The position numbers and the translations under genes were made by a program. Under the pieces are notes generated by a model, which did not search any database, was not told the DNA's origin, and worked only from the letters and a program-made list of their open reading frames with translations. DNA of 63,012 bases, counting the filler, from Octopus bimaculoides (lineage: Eukaryota): NCBI RefSeq assembly GCF_001194135.2. It is 6 parts of 4 records of this genome, joined end to end, with 100 filler letters (N's around TTAATTAATTAA, not from the genome) between each part and the next. Parts side by side here need not be neighbours in the genome. Positions count along the whole stretch, not along the records: positions 1 to 22,293 come from NC_068989.1; positions 22,394 to 29,143 come from NC_068989.1; 4 more parts are not named here. The stretch is one strand, 5' to 3'. This document shows, piece by piece, positions 12,660-25,904 of this stretch. Position 1 is the first letter of the stretch; each line of letters starts with the position of its first letter.

Positions 12660-12835
12660 TTGTGTGTGTGCGTGCATATGTATGTGTGTGTATGTTCGTT
12701 TGTATGTCTGTATGTGTGTATATACAAATACACACATGCATACATACCGACACGGGTATACATACGTACGTGCATATACACATATATATATACATATCTT
12801 TATTTACATGTTTATATATGCATATATATATATAC

Positions 12836-12908
<73 letters not shown>

Positions 12909-12960
12909 TGTAGATATAGATATGTACCGATACATATGTATATGTACATATACATATTGC
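12420..12960. repeat. (GA)/(CA)/(TA)/(TG) microsatellite complex
   Basis: Directly visible; source of many spurious ORFs. Confidence 0.95.
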
Positions 12961-15363
12961 AGCCATTACTATGAAATAAATGTAAGTGCAATGACGCCCA
13001 CCTAACTACACAGGAAACCAGAAAACACAACTATCTACATTCTACTTTCTCCTAATATTTTCATACAACCGTCTATATGAACTTTGATGTAGTTGACTTA
13101 GTCGAGACAATGAAGAGATGTTTTCTAACGTATTTTGGTCAGACTCTTTAGTTTCAAAGGAAATCTGTTTGATGGCAGTATGTAAATATTGCAGGAGAAC
13201 ATAAGAAAATAAACTGGGATGATTCGGGACAGATATGGTTGTCTTATTAAGAAGTTACCTTCTCAACGGCATGGCCTCGTGTTCTATCCTATAGCGTGGT
13301 GACATGGAAGATGTGCAATTAATAATGAAGAGTGGAATTTTCAAATTGCTTTAGCAAGGATTTTTGTTGCAATATATATGTGCAGCTGGATTTGGAGGCA
13401 GTGTGTAAATGACGCTGTAGGATGTAAGAAAACTGAGTATGAATATTAGACGTATTCATTGATGTCATTAAAAAAATCTGTGCTGGCTACAATTTCTATA
13501 GAAAATCTGTAGAAGTAACATTAACAAGTGATTTAAAAGCGCTACCAACACAGTAGAACATAGTATTGACTTATAAAGCGTTTAATGTACTTTGTAGTAT
13601 ATAATGGCTGCATAACGAAATACGGTCTCACTACAGGTCGTTAATATTAAGAAGTTTGTGTTGAAAGTACAGGATAACTTGTGCTATACCACTGAACAGC
13701 ACCACAGGGACGTCTACTGAGCCTTAGATATGGGTTACAAAAGCCCTGTAAGTGAAATTCTTTAGAGGAATCCGTGTGGAAAAATGGAGAAAGGATCGGA
13801 AGAACTATTCCGCTTCTAGACTTTTACTGTCATCCTTTTCTTTTTACACTACCACCACCTGGCCTTCTGTACCTTTTGCGGGAATCCATTCTGTTCCGCG
13901 CATTCAGATTAAGTCTCCTCAAGGATTAACGGTATAGCCATCTTATAAGATGCAAGTTATTATATGACCTGCTTCTTCGTGGAAGACTACCGTGTATTTC
14001 CTTACAAAGCACAGCCGTCATAACCTTTTCTCGAAAATACTGTATTATTACTTTCATTATCATTTACTGTTCACTACTGCATTGCATTTCATTTAAGTCT
14101 ACCCCCTAAGTAAAATCTATTCATAATTCTTGCCTATTAATTTGATCTACCTCAAGGCAAATAACTTCGTACTATGAATACTAATTGGTAATGAGTTATT
14201 ATGATTATCAAAGCCCCTCTCCGAAACGAAATAGAAGCGTGTAAGTAAGCCATTAAAAATAATATTTTATATATTTGGCGGGTATTTGTGTTAGAGGTCA
14301 TGATTTTATTGTCTGCTTATTTTATTTCTGTTTCGCGCGGCATATTATAAGCAACCTTATACTAGATAAGGTCGTTAGCATGGCATAGTACTTTTCTTTA
14401 TACGCATCAGGACGTTGCTTGTCTATCATTCTCGCCTTTATTTGTTAACTCTTCCCACCGCTTCTCATTAGCTATTTTTATAAACTCTTCTTTGCAGAAG
14501 GTCAGACGACTATATTGACCGACTAGCTCTCTCGTCTGCTTTTTTCTTCTTTTCATTCTTTTTCTGTCCTCTATTTTGTTTACTTAATCTCCTTTATGTT
14601 CACTCAGTCCCTTCCTTTCCTTCTATTACACCTTCATATATTTTTCCTTTGTTCATTTCTCCCCTACTGTGTCACCTACATCTCCTTCTTTTCGCAAACT
14701 TTAATTCTCTTTGCCAAGGAAACGAGTATGCTTCCCTCCGTTTTATTCGTTTCCCCTCTCCTTCTATATGTCTTCAATAATCACTTCTTTTATTATCCTA
14801 TTTCTCGATGCCTATATTTATCTTGAATATTGTCCTTCCCGTAACACCCGTTATTCATTTTTATGAAAATACTGTTCCGTGTCTGCTGCTCGAATGTACT
14901 CATGTATCAAGATTCATGTCTGATGATAATATGCTTTTTAGTCGCAGAGCTTCATAATGTGCACCTGTTCGCATAACATGTTTTTGAACATCAATCATGT
15001 ACTAAATATCAGAAACAGCTGTAAAGGTTTATATACATCCTCTAAATGTATGGTACGTGTCATATAGATGCATTCCTTTGACCTACAACCGTTTGTTTAT
15101 CTGTACACTTTGATACCTGCTTGAACTTATTCTTATTTCAAGCCATCTCATCTGCTTTTAGAGTACCTTACGCTGGTTTTAGAAGACGGAGAGTAGTCCC
15201 AGCATTAACCCGGTTCTTGTCTACTTTACGCTTATGTCAGCATCATCACACTCACTCTATATATATATGCGTGTTTGTGTGTGCGCGCGCATGTGTATGA
15301 GTGCACGTGCATCTGTGTATGTAGTATATGTATATGTATATGTGTGTGTATGTATGTATATAT

Positions 15364-15757
15364 ATTCTTTTATTCTTTTACTTGTTTCAGTCATGTGACT
15401 ACTGCCATGCTGGAGCACCACTTTTAGTCGAACACATCGACCCCAGGACTTATTCTTTGTAAACCTAGTACTTATTCTATCGGTGTCTTTTGCTGAACTG
15501 CTAGGTTACGGAGATGTAACCACACCAACATCAGTTATCAAGTGATGGTGGGGGCACAAACACAGACACACAAGCATATACACATGTATATATATATATA
15601 CGATGGTGTTCTTCAGTTTCCGTCTACCAAATCGACTCACAAGGCACTGGTCGGCTCGAGTTTATAGAAGAGGATACTTGCCCAAGGGGCTACACAGTGG
15701 GACTGAACCCGGAACCATGTGGTTGGGTAGCAAACTTCTTACCACACAGTCACTCCT
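15364..15757 (-). mobile_element. Full-length SINE family A (tRNA head, CORE-like ccttgggcaagt, internal microsatellite, long 3' tail)
   Basis: Minus strand: aggagtgactgtgtggtaag...ccgggttcagtcccac...ccttgggcaagt...ccagcatggcagt...aagtaaaagaataaaagaata. Homologous to 22139, 53580 and 59477. Confidence 0.85.
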
Positions 15758-16283
15758 ATATTAATATTTGTGTATGCCAAATAATACATAAGAACAATTT
15801 ACCGTTCAACAGATGGATTCCTCAATATTTCTTTTAACGGAGTACATATTTATTAATTTTCACAAGGAAATGCTTGATAGTGACATCGAAATTTCAGCTT
15901 GCTCACTTTCATCACACAACTTGATGTAAGTGCGCAGACCCAAAGCTTTATATAGAAAACGTGAAACGGATTGATAGGTATTTAGAGAGATACATACATA
16001 TCTACGTAGTCACATATATTTACAGAAACAAATATACCTACTTGCTTTTCATTTAATTTTCTGAACTTCTCTTATTTTCTTTATTTTTCTATATTTGTAT
16101 AAATTATTTCAAAGGCTTTCTTAGAATATTCTAGTCTCATTAGGTTTCCGATGACTGTACAAGACAGCTGGAAGATTATCGATTCAATTTCGATTTTACA
16201 ATTTTCATCTCGTCATAATAAATGGTGGGGAGAGAGGACGTCCAGTTTGTGGACAAGGGCGATATTGATTACGGTAATAGTGA

Positions 16284-16895
16284 TGACGAGGAGGAGGAGG
16301 AGGAGGACGGGGACGAGGAGGAGGAGGACGAGGAGGACGAGGAGGACGAGGAGGACGAGGAGGACGAGGACGAGGAGGACGAGGAGGAGGAGGACGAGGA
16401 CGAGGAGGACGAGGAAGAGGAGGAGGACGACGAGGACGAGGAGGAGGACGAGGAGGNNNNNNNNNNNNNNNNNNNNNNNNNNNNNNNNNNNNNNNNNNNN
16501 NNNNNNNNNNNNNNNNNNNNNNNNNNNNNNNNNNNNNNNNNNNNNNNNNNNNNNNNNNNNNNNNNNNNNNNNNNNNNNNNNNNNNNNNNNNNNNNNNNNN
16601 NNNNNNNNNNNNNNNNNNNNNNNNNNNNNNNNNNNNNNNNNNNNNNNNNNNNNNNNNNNNNNNNNNNNNNNNNNNNNNNNNNNNNNNNNNNNNNNNNNNN
16701 NNNNNNNNNNNNNGAGGAGGACGAGGAGGACGAGGAGGACGAGGAGGACGAGGACGAGGAGGACGAGGAGGAGGAGGACGAGGGGGAGGAGGAGGACGAG
16801 CGGGAGGAGGAGGACGAGCGGGAGGAGGAGGACGAGCGGGAGGAGGACGAGGAGGAGGACGAGGAGGAGGACGAGGATGATGATGATGATGACGT
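16284..16895. repeat. (GAG/GAC)n purine-rich trinucleotide array spanning an N gap
   Basis: Directly visible. Confidence 0.95.
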
Positions 16896-17094
16896 TGCCA
16901 TGATTTGAGAGAGAACAGTAGGGGAGGCGGTGGCGATGCCACGACAGGGGAGTATGAGGTTGACAAAACACTATTATGAGTTACTGTGATGATAAATTAC
17001 AGCGGAAATTACAACATAAGAATTGGAAAATTATAAGAATAGAAAATAATAGATGTGAAAGGAAATCGGGCGAAGATACATGAATACACATATA

Positions 17095-17136
17095 CATATA
17101 TACGTACGTACATAGACAGATAGACAGACAGGTACG

Positions 17137-17196
<60 letters not shown>

Positions 17197-17225
17197 CAGA
17201 GAGACAGAGACATAGAGACAGAGAC

Positions 17226-17258
<33 letters not shown>

Positions 17259-17280
17259 GACTGAAAGAGGAAGAGAGAGC
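17095..17280. repeat. (GATA)n/(GACA)n/(GA)n microsatellite
   Basis: Directly visible. Confidence 0.95.
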
Positions 17281-18399
17281 ATCACTTTTCAGTTTGTTGT
17301 GCTCTTTATATTTTGAAGAATACTTTGCAAAAGAAGGCGAAGAATATGCAACAGAAAGGCTGGTGGTAAATAAAGGGTGAAAATATTAGAAACAGAAGGA
17401 AAACGATGGGAAAATTCTTCAGTAAGAGTTGTACGTTGGTGCGGGAATTGGTGTAAAACGGAAGGTGTTGGTGGTGGTATTCAAGCGAGCGGGAGCTGAA
17501 CGGAGGCAACAGAGATAAGTTTGAATGAAGAGCGATGAAATGTAAGCCGGGGATTGTGTTGGTAATGTGACAAGATTAAGGAGGGAACGATAGGACAATT
17601 TGAAAGCTGATTCGAGAAGATTTTGCTGTAAGTGTTACAGGAAGAGGAGGATAGGAGATGGGGTATGTGTGACAAGAAAAATGGAAATGTCAGTTCGGTT
17701 GTGTGAGAGAAAGCGTGGAATGGACATCATGATAAATGATGGCTGATCTTATCGATTTCATATTCTATTTGTTTGTTTTAGTTTATTTATGTTTTCTTGT
17801 TTTCGTGACACAGATAACTTTTTTTTCTTTATTGTCTCTTTTCGGTGTTGCCAACTCCAGTATTCAAATTGGTATTAAAGATGCTGCTGAAGTTGAAGTT
17901 GAATGTGGTCGGCGTACGCTGTATCAGAAAACGAATTGATACGCATCCATATATATATAAAGAGAGAGAGAGAGAGAGAGATTAAGAAAAGGGAGGAGGA
18001 GAATTTTGATTATCTCCACGTGGTGAGTTGTATGGCAAATATATATACATATAAATTAAGAGAAGGAAAATGCGGACAGGTTACACACCAGTTTTAATCT
18101 ATTTTTATATATATTTTGTACGTGAAAGAGTATTGTGTTTGACGACCGGTTTCCTATCGCTAATCATGACCTTGAAATTGTTGTAATTTCGTATTTTCTT
18201 GCGATGATTTTACTCCATGTTCTTAGAAGGATGTTTATGAATGAATCAACTAGTAGAAAATTCTAAGGGGGGTAAATGGTGATCGTTATTATTCGAGACA
18301 GGGGAGGTAATTGCTCATTGTTTGTGAGCGTTGGATAAATAAATATTCAAAAACTCAAAAGCTAAAGTAATGAGATGAAATATGTACAGTGATAGGCAT

Positions 18400-19060
18400 G
18401 TGAGGATATTTCTTTTGGTGTGCTTCAGGTAGCTTAAACTAAAAAGAAGATACTGCTTCGAGTCCGTTGATTTATGATAAATGTCAGTTACAATTAGGTT
18501 GTTGACTTTTTTAATATAATATCTAAAAAAGGGAACTGTTCTTTGCTATATTTCATTGTAAATTAAATGTTTGTGATTATATTTAGTATTGATTTAAATT
18601 TCAAAAGTTTATCAACGGTTTCATTCTAAATGATAAAGTAGTCATCCAGATATCTCTGCCAGTTTTCTTTTATATCATATAGTGAAATGGTAATCCATGT
18701 TTTTGCAGTGACACCTCATATATGGTGAATTCAAAATATCCCATTACTGGGTTCGCAAGGCCAGAGGCTGCTTTCGTTCCCATTGCAATTCCACATTTTT
18801 TACGATAGTAGGTGTCATCAAATAGGAAATAATTGTTCTGAAGTATCAAGTTTAAATTTTCAATAATAAAATCTTGGTTTATGAGTTCCGAAATTTTTTT
18901 GGGGTACTTTTCCAGCCAGAACTTTGTTGCTTCTCTTCCATAGTCATGTGGTTTATTGGTGTAAAGATTAATAACATCGAAGGAAACCAGTTATGTCTTT
19001 TCGTTAGTTCTTTTTGATCGGCATTAAAATGCTAAGGGAAATGAAACGTAACATCACACC
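18400..19060 (-). mobile_element. PLE RT core fragment
   Basis: LVSFDVINLYTN, GIAMGTKAAS, WQRYLDDYFII, FTMKYS, PFLDI, TDIYHKSTDSKQYL, with stops and frameshifts. Confidence 0.85.
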
Positions 19061-19061
19061 T

Positions 19062-19330
19062 CATCTCGAAATACTGCCGTATATATCAACTCGCAACCCT
19101 AGGAACAATGAGGCATACAAAACTATCGTACAAGATCTACCTATGTGAACTTGGGATCCAAAAATGAATAGCATTCTGAAAATACATAAATTCTTCAAAT
19201 GCGAAAAAGCAACACAAATCGTTGAACAAACTTCTGACAACTGCGAAGCTTTGGATAACAACCACGAAACCAATGGTCGGGCTTTGAAAAACACCGTGAG
19301 TGCAATGGAAGCTGTGCTTAATTAAAATCA
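19062..19330 (+). mobile_element. PLE RT-endonuclease linker fragment, opposite orientation to the adjacent RT core
   Basis: LEILPYISTRNPRNNEAY and KRQHKSLNKLLTTAK; homologous to LPYVLTHNPRNMEAY in the 3996-6166 element. Confidence 0.7.
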
Positions 19331-20191
19331 AAATACATATGTCATGCAAAGTTTAAAATCACCGTTGAAGAAGATAATGTTCTGGTTTTAGGCATACAAA
19401 AAATACCTATATATGTTGAGTTAAAAACAAAATGTATCGGAGAGAGGCAAGCATCTTCGCAACACTGACTCACAAGGACAGAGGCATGATACCCTACTTG
19501 GGGCTCATCAATGTAATATATCAACTTTTTACTTGCATAGACGACAGGCTAAATTCGATATAAAGGAAATAGTGAACAATGCAATAATAGATTCACTGAT
19601 ATCTCGGAAAGCTAACAGGATTGGAAACGCTCATTGAATGCAATCGAAACAACATTAAATAAAATCCTTATCAATGTATCATATAAAATGTTTAATAACT
19701 TTTTTGATTTAGGCATGCATCTTTATTTTCTATTCTGTAGTATCGTCGAGAGTGGCTGTGTTTTCATCCTTCTGGAATAGGTTAAATAAAGTACCAGTAA
19801 AGTAATTCGGTCGATATTATCAACTATACAGTTTTCCTAATGTGTGTCCTTGTGCTAAATTTGGAAATCAATATCAAATAGTAGCAGACCGAGAGCAAAA
19901 AACAATAAATTGTAAACTCGGCAAAGAAGTAGAATGCTAAAACATCAAACCGCGTAGCAAAATCAATAGCCCTAAATTAACCCAGTGCTATGTAACTCGT
20001 ACTAATTCCAAAACTAATTATATCTAATTATTTCTATTCGATTAATGAAATTCTCTCACTTCCATAATCAACACCTATAAATCCTTTCAACATTACGATA
20101 TTATTCTTTTCATTCCTACATATTTTTAATTTTGCGTTACACAATAACATATAAGCTACTCATTTGTTAATTAGTAAACAAGCTAGGCTGT

Positions 20192-20256
<65 letters not shown>

Positions 20257-22138
20257 GCATATATATATACACAGATATACACACAGACACATATATATGT
20301 ATGAATGTATATGTGTCTGTGTGTCTATTTGCATGTATGTGTATGTATAATAACGGTCTTCTGAACAATACTCTTATCACCTATCTTCCAGAGCTTCATT
20401 AATGAAAAATATTGGAAAGAACGCTACAGATCGCAAGTGCAACACTGTACTTCACGTAATTATTATTTGCCAGAATTTGCGATAGAATCCTACGCTAGTC
20501 AGCGACTTGATCAGTGACTTGATACACCTGGATCAGTTTACAGCTGAATGTACATGTCGTTCGATTTACTATTTGGTTTTCATGAGATTTGTCTGATCGG
20601 ACCTCAATGAGGTCGGACGACAATGACAGCTCAATATATCTTGCAGTAACTGGATGCTTATTGAAGTTAATTTTAAGACCTAATTTGGACTCTGTAAGAC
20701 GACTTCAATCAATAATGGCTCCATCTCAGCTTTACCTTCTAAAGATCTTCTCAATAATACTCTCCACCTGACATATTATTGCAATCTGCAAGCTTTACTT
20801 TTCAATTTTAGATATCCACAAATACATGAAGGATCCAGTAATTATTAGTGCATTATCATTTGGTAACAGAACAGAACAGAGACAGCAGATGGTTTAGGAT
20901 GTCCCTCGCAACAATTTGAATTTCTGTTGCTGTTTCGCAATTTTTCGTTCTACGATAGACTTTAATAGTATGAAACATTGCCAACGTACTTTTCAGATGT
21001 ATTTTCTAACTACAATTGCTTTGTTCTTAATTATACACGAATCCTCTATACTACTGGAAAGTCACTGGAATGCGGTAAACTTCATAATATTAATTAAAGC
21101 ATACGTGGAACTCGAAACACGGCCCTAGACGTCCAGTTGAAGAGATCCCTACGTGCTACAGGTTTTAGACCGTTATAGCTTCTTTCTAAAGCCAACAAAA
21201 CAACAATTATAACTTTATCAAACGCACTAAAAGCGTAATTTAAACGAACTTTGAAAAGTCAAAAGCTGGTTTTGGTCTCAGTTTATGAGAAACCTCTTTC
21301 TTGCTCAAAGTCGTTCGCCATTATGTTTTCATACATTCAAAGTAATCCACACTGAAGCAATATAAAGCTTTTATTCAACTAATCTACTCCATTTACATTA
21401 TTACAATAGATTTCCTCGTTCAACAGCACCAACTAATTTGCATTCTATTTATTTCCAACACCCATTAATTAAGTCACACAACATCAATCAGTTTATTCAA
21501 TTCGTTCACAAACGCAAATGCAATCGTAGATATACGCATTCAACTTCATGGGAAGTTTATTCTAAATTCTGGATTTAAGAAAGTCTTGTTCTCTTTTTAT
21601 TTTATTCCTCATGTTTCCTGTTTTATATTTTTATGTATTTATTTAGCTTAGTTTAGCGTTAAAGACCATGTTCAGATTTGATCGGGTTTTACATTTTCAA
21701 TTGTGTGTTTTCGACATATTCTGTTCAATCAATTTATATCTTTGATTCTTCTTTTGATTTCTGCTTTTGTGTTATTCTGATCATTGGCTAATGATAGAAT
21801 GTTTTACGATGTCTTTTACGACATTTAGTTTTATCCCATTAACTTTTTTGTTCTAATTCTATCGGCGTCGAATTTTATATTAACTGCCGAAGGGTTTACA
21901 GGAATAGGTACCAGTGTGACGGCTTATTCAGTGTCCCCTTTCCAGCTATTCTATAAGCACTCTGTTTTCGTTTGATAAAGATGTTATAAATCCATATACA
22001 GCAGAAACATATTATAAACAGTATAGAGGGGTTTATCTAAAGCTATGGTCTCCTTGTCTTCTGTATTCAGGAACAAGTAAAGTTTGAAATTCCAAATTGT
22101 CTAATGACTAATGTGGAAACTTTAACTAAAAATATATA

Positions 22139-22293
22139 GGCGTAGGTAAGTAGCTTGCTTACGAACCACATGGTTCCGGGTTCGGTCCCACTGCGTGGCA
22201 CGTTGGGCAAGTGTCTTCTACTATACCATCGGGCCGACCAAAGTGGAAGTTGGTAGACGGAAACTAAAAGAAGCCCGTCGTATATATATATAT
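22139..22293 (+). mobile_element. SINE family A 5' part, cut by a join
   Basis: aaccacatggttccgggttcggtcccactgcgtggcacgttgggcaagtgtcttc...gaagcccgtcgtatata. Confidence 0.85.
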
Positions 22294-22393
22294 NNNNNNN
22301 NNNNNNNNNNNNNNNNNNNNNNNNNNNNNNNNNNNNNTTAATTAATTAANNNNNNNNNNNNNNNNNNNNNNNNNNNNNNNNNNNNNNNNNNNN
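22294..22393. other. Artificial 100-bp join (44N-TTAATTAATTAA-44N)
   Basis: Identical blocks at 29144-29243, 47396-47495, 52005-52104 and 57025-57124. Confidence 0.9.
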
Positions 22394-22584
22394 TGAATGT
22401 GTGTATGTGTTTGTATGTCAGTTCAATTTCTGGTGTTCCTCAGAAAAACTTGCTTAAAAGAGAGGAAACATTTTGTTATAACTGTTGTGAAATACGCATC
22501 AAAAGTTTCCTTTACGATGAAGAAGGACTTTGTCAGAAACGTCAAAATTTGTAACCGCCATGGCATTATTTTATGTAATGATAA

Positions 22585-22800
22585 GGCGGCGAGCTGGCAG
22601 AATCGTTAGCGCGTTGGGTAAAATACTTAGAGGCATTTCGTTCGTCCTTACGTTCTGAGTTCAAATTCCGCCGAGGTCGACTCTGCCTTTCATCCTTTCG
22701 GGGTCGATAAAATTAGTACCAGATGCACACTGGGATCTATGTAAACGACTAACCCCTTCTCTCAAATTTCAGGCTTTGTGCTCATAGTAGAATAAATTAT
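22585..22800 (+). mobile_element. SINE family B, well preserved copy
   Basis: ggcggcgagctggcagaatcgttagc...gagttcaaattccgccgaggtcgactctgcctttcatcctttcggggtcgataaa. Confidence 0.85.
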
Positions 22801-22904
22801 TTTACGTAATGTTAGTCATACGTACGTTTACGTACGCGCGCGCGCGCGCGCGTATCTAACAATTTTTGACTAAGTCCTTTGCCGTTCAAGTAAATGCTCT
22901 TTTC

Positions 22905-23082
22905 TACTCTAGACACAAGGCCCAAAATTTTGGGGGAGGAGGCCAGCCGATTAGATCGACCCCAGTACACCACTGGTACTTAATTTATCAACCCCGAAAG
23001 GATGAAAGGCAAAGTCGACCTCGGCGGAATTTGAACTCAGACCATAAAGACAGATGAAATACCACTAAGCATTTCGCTCGGT
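22905..23082 (-). mobile_element. SINE family B copy lacking its extreme 5' end
   Basis: Reverse complement of family B: ccccgaaaggatgaaaggcaaagtcgacctcggcggaatttgaactcaga. Confidence 0.85.
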
Positions 23083-23414
23083 ATGACATTTTTTCTGCCA
23101 TCTTGGAAACGTCTGAACCACTCGTACACATGTGTGCGGCTCATACACTCCTCTCCATACACTTTCTGCAACTTTGCGTAGTTCTCTAAGTAGGCATCGC
23201 AATGACAACTTTCTCTGTCATGGTCAATGCAACGATTACACGCTACACACGTTCCTTTCAAGCACTGCTGCAAACAGCGGAAGTGAGCTAGAATGCTAAA
23301 ACGTAATGCACAGACACAGGAGAGTTCAAAGTCAATCTGTGCCAAGCAACTTTACTCTGCGTGCTTTAGCTTCGTTGCTATTGCAACCGTCCGGATAATA
23401 TTGATCAGACCTCG
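23083..23414 (-). mobile_element. Mariner 5' fragment (TIR + HTH-coding start)
   Basis: TA + cgaggtctgatcaa TIR at 23414; YAKLQKVYGEECMSRTHVYEWFRRFQDGRKNV. Confidence 0.85.
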
Positions 23415-24764
23415 TATATATGAGAAACCTCTTTCATTTTCCATCTACCAAATCCACTCACAAGCCTTTCGTCGGACCGAGGCTAGAAGACATGCCCCAG
23501 GTACCACGCTGTAGTTTTAGAAAATATTCCTCTACATAAAAGCGATAAGTCGTATGTTTTTCTTTGTTGTTTTGTTGGTTTTCTTTCAAGAAAATTAATT
23601 TCATGTTACAAGATTTCGCGTCACAGCAACTTTTTCTGGAGCGTATTTTTTCCTTAACGCCGGTAATTTCCATTTCCTTGATTGTTCTCGTGTAGCATCG
23701 ACCCTGAAAGAATAAAAGGTGTAATTAATTTTGATAGGATTTGAACTTAAATCGTGAAAAGAACATAACTGAGTACAGAGAAGTATTTTGTCAAACTCTG
23801 TATCAATTCTGATATACACTATTCTAGTATCTTTGAAATATTACCATCGGTCAATATGGGTTATTAGCTGATCGAACAATCCACTGGAAATGGATTCGAG
23901 ATAGTCTAAAGCCATATTTCTTACGCCATTCTTTATTTACCATAATCAGAACCAGATCTTAAGCGGAACCTTGACGTCAAAGAAGAATCATCAATATCCA
24001 TGTGGATTGAATATCAATCCGGATACCGGATTTAGTTTCTAAAATATTTATATATAAACGCTAGGTACTTCCCAGAAAATGCGTATTGAATGCGCACTGC
24101 GTGCGTAGAACCATAAACACATTCTAATCGAGCGTGAATGTACGCGCGCGCGCTTGCGTGTGTCTGTATGTATGTGTGTGTGCGTGTATGTGCGTGCGTG
24201 TGTGTGTGTGTGCGTGGGTGGGTTGGGTTGTGGAATAGGTGTGCGTGTGTGTATATTTGTGTGCGTGTGCGAGAGATACATACGTATATAAATATGCATC
24301 TGTGCATGCATGTATTTACATCTATCTATCTATCTATCTGTCTATCTATCTATCTATCTATCACTATACATGTATGTACCTACATACATACATACATACA
24401 TGCATGCATACATACGTACATACATACATAATGCATACACACATACATACATACATACATACATACATACATACATACATACATACACAGAATGAACACT
24501 TATGTGTAAACAAGCAGAAGAAAAGGGTTGCATTGAAGACAGAAACAAGAGTTATGTATAACTTATTGAATACTGAAACTTCAAAAGTCATTAACCCTAG
24601 TTTTTCCGTTGCTGATATTTAAAAGACGATCAGCCGTAGCTAGGCCACGGGGAAGACTAATGACACCGTTTCTGTTCATATATTGAATCACACCGTCGAA
24701 TGAGCCACCACATTGTTCCATCATAACAACATCGTCGTTGTTTTCGATGTGAAAGAACCAACGG

Positions 24765-25180
24765 ACGGCGGCGGCGGCGGCGGTGGTAGCGGTGGCAGGA
24801 GCAGTGAGCAGTGGGAATGATGGCGGTGGTGACAGTGGTGGTGGTGGTGATGGTGGTATTGGCCCCTGACGGTGGTGGCATCAGCGGCGGTGGCAGTGGC
24901 GGTGGTGATGATGGTGGCGGTAGCGGTGGTAGCGGCGGTGGTAGCGGTGGCGGTGACGGTGATAGTGGCAGTGGTTTATGGTGGTGTTGGTAGTGGTGAC
25001 GGCGGGGACCACGGTAGTGATGATGGCTGTGGTGGTGTTGGTGGTGTTGGTTTATGCTAACGGAAGGTGCAACAGAAGCAGCAGTTTTGGATAAGAAAAT
25101 GGTGACGAAGACGAGATGTGATGACAACAACAACAACAACAACAACAGTGCAACAACAATAACAACAACAACACAATCAC
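24765..25180. repeat. (GGC/GGT)n and (CAA)n trinucleotide tracts
   Basis: Directly visible. Confidence 0.9.
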
Positions 25181-25439
25181 AAAATGGCAATCATTCGTAT
25201 GAAATAATTGGCGTCAATATTTTGCTTTATTTTTTGACATTTTGTCTTGTTTACATTTGTTTTCCTATTGTTTCCTTTTTTTGTCTACGAAAAGGACAAA
25301 CACAGAAGTGACGCAGAGGTGACGCAGAGGTGACGCGAGGGTGACGCAGAGGTGATGATACGAAGGTGACTCTGTTTGTGCCCTGGTTTGAATGACAAAT
25401 GAGGCAATGATACATTCTGATGGTGTAAATATGTTACTG

Positions 25440-25880
25440 AACAGGCAACGAAATGCTCGTTGGAGTGTTGGATAAAAATATCTTACGGTATTTGAATTCT
25501 GTACCCTGAGTTCAAATCATGCCGAGGTCAACTGTTCTTTTCATACCCTTAAGATCGATAAATAAAATACCAGTCGCATGCTACCAATGATGGTTCTTTT
25601 CTCTCTCTCTCCCTCTCTTGACAAATTAGCAGAGTTGTTAAACAATCGGACAAAATGATTTGAGTTATTCAAAATGTTACGGTCGTTTACATTCCGAGTT
25701 GAAATCCAGCTGAGATCGGCTTTGCTTTTTATCCTTTTGAGGTCGATAAACTAAAGTACCTGTAAACTAAAAATTTCAACATAATAAAAGCTGCTGTGAT
25801 CAATATAATCGATTAGTCCCTTGCCTTTTACATTCTAAATTCAGATCCAGCCGAGGCCGGCTTTGTTTTTCATACTTTCG
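25440..25880. mobile_element. Cluster of three decayed SINE family B fragments (two plus, one minus)
   Basis: gagttcaaatcatgccgaggtcaac, gagttgaaatccagctgagatcggctttgc and the reverse ccagccgaggccggctttg. Confidence 0.6.
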
Positions 25881-25904
25881 GAGTTGATACACTAAAATTA
25901 AATA

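Noticed and set aside
11076-13030. Many ORFs of poly-L/I/H/M/D or CV/YI/HT repeats (also 24032-24622, 28585-30808, 58458-59071, 62422-62731)
   Set aside because: Translations of microsatellites, often open in several frames and on both strands.
16222-16908. 228-aa acidic ORF (MVGREDVQF...EEEDEED)
   Set aside because: Almost entirely a GAG/GAC repeat plus an N gap; open in several frames; no splice or homology support.
20600-20614. Palindrome gacctca-a-tgaggtc resembling a nuclear-receptor everted repeat
   Set aside because: Isolated 7-bp arms are plausible by chance in 63 kb.
24657-25190. 177-aa Pro/His/Thr-rich ORF
   Set aside because: Derived from GGT/GGC/CAA repeats with no recognisable domain.
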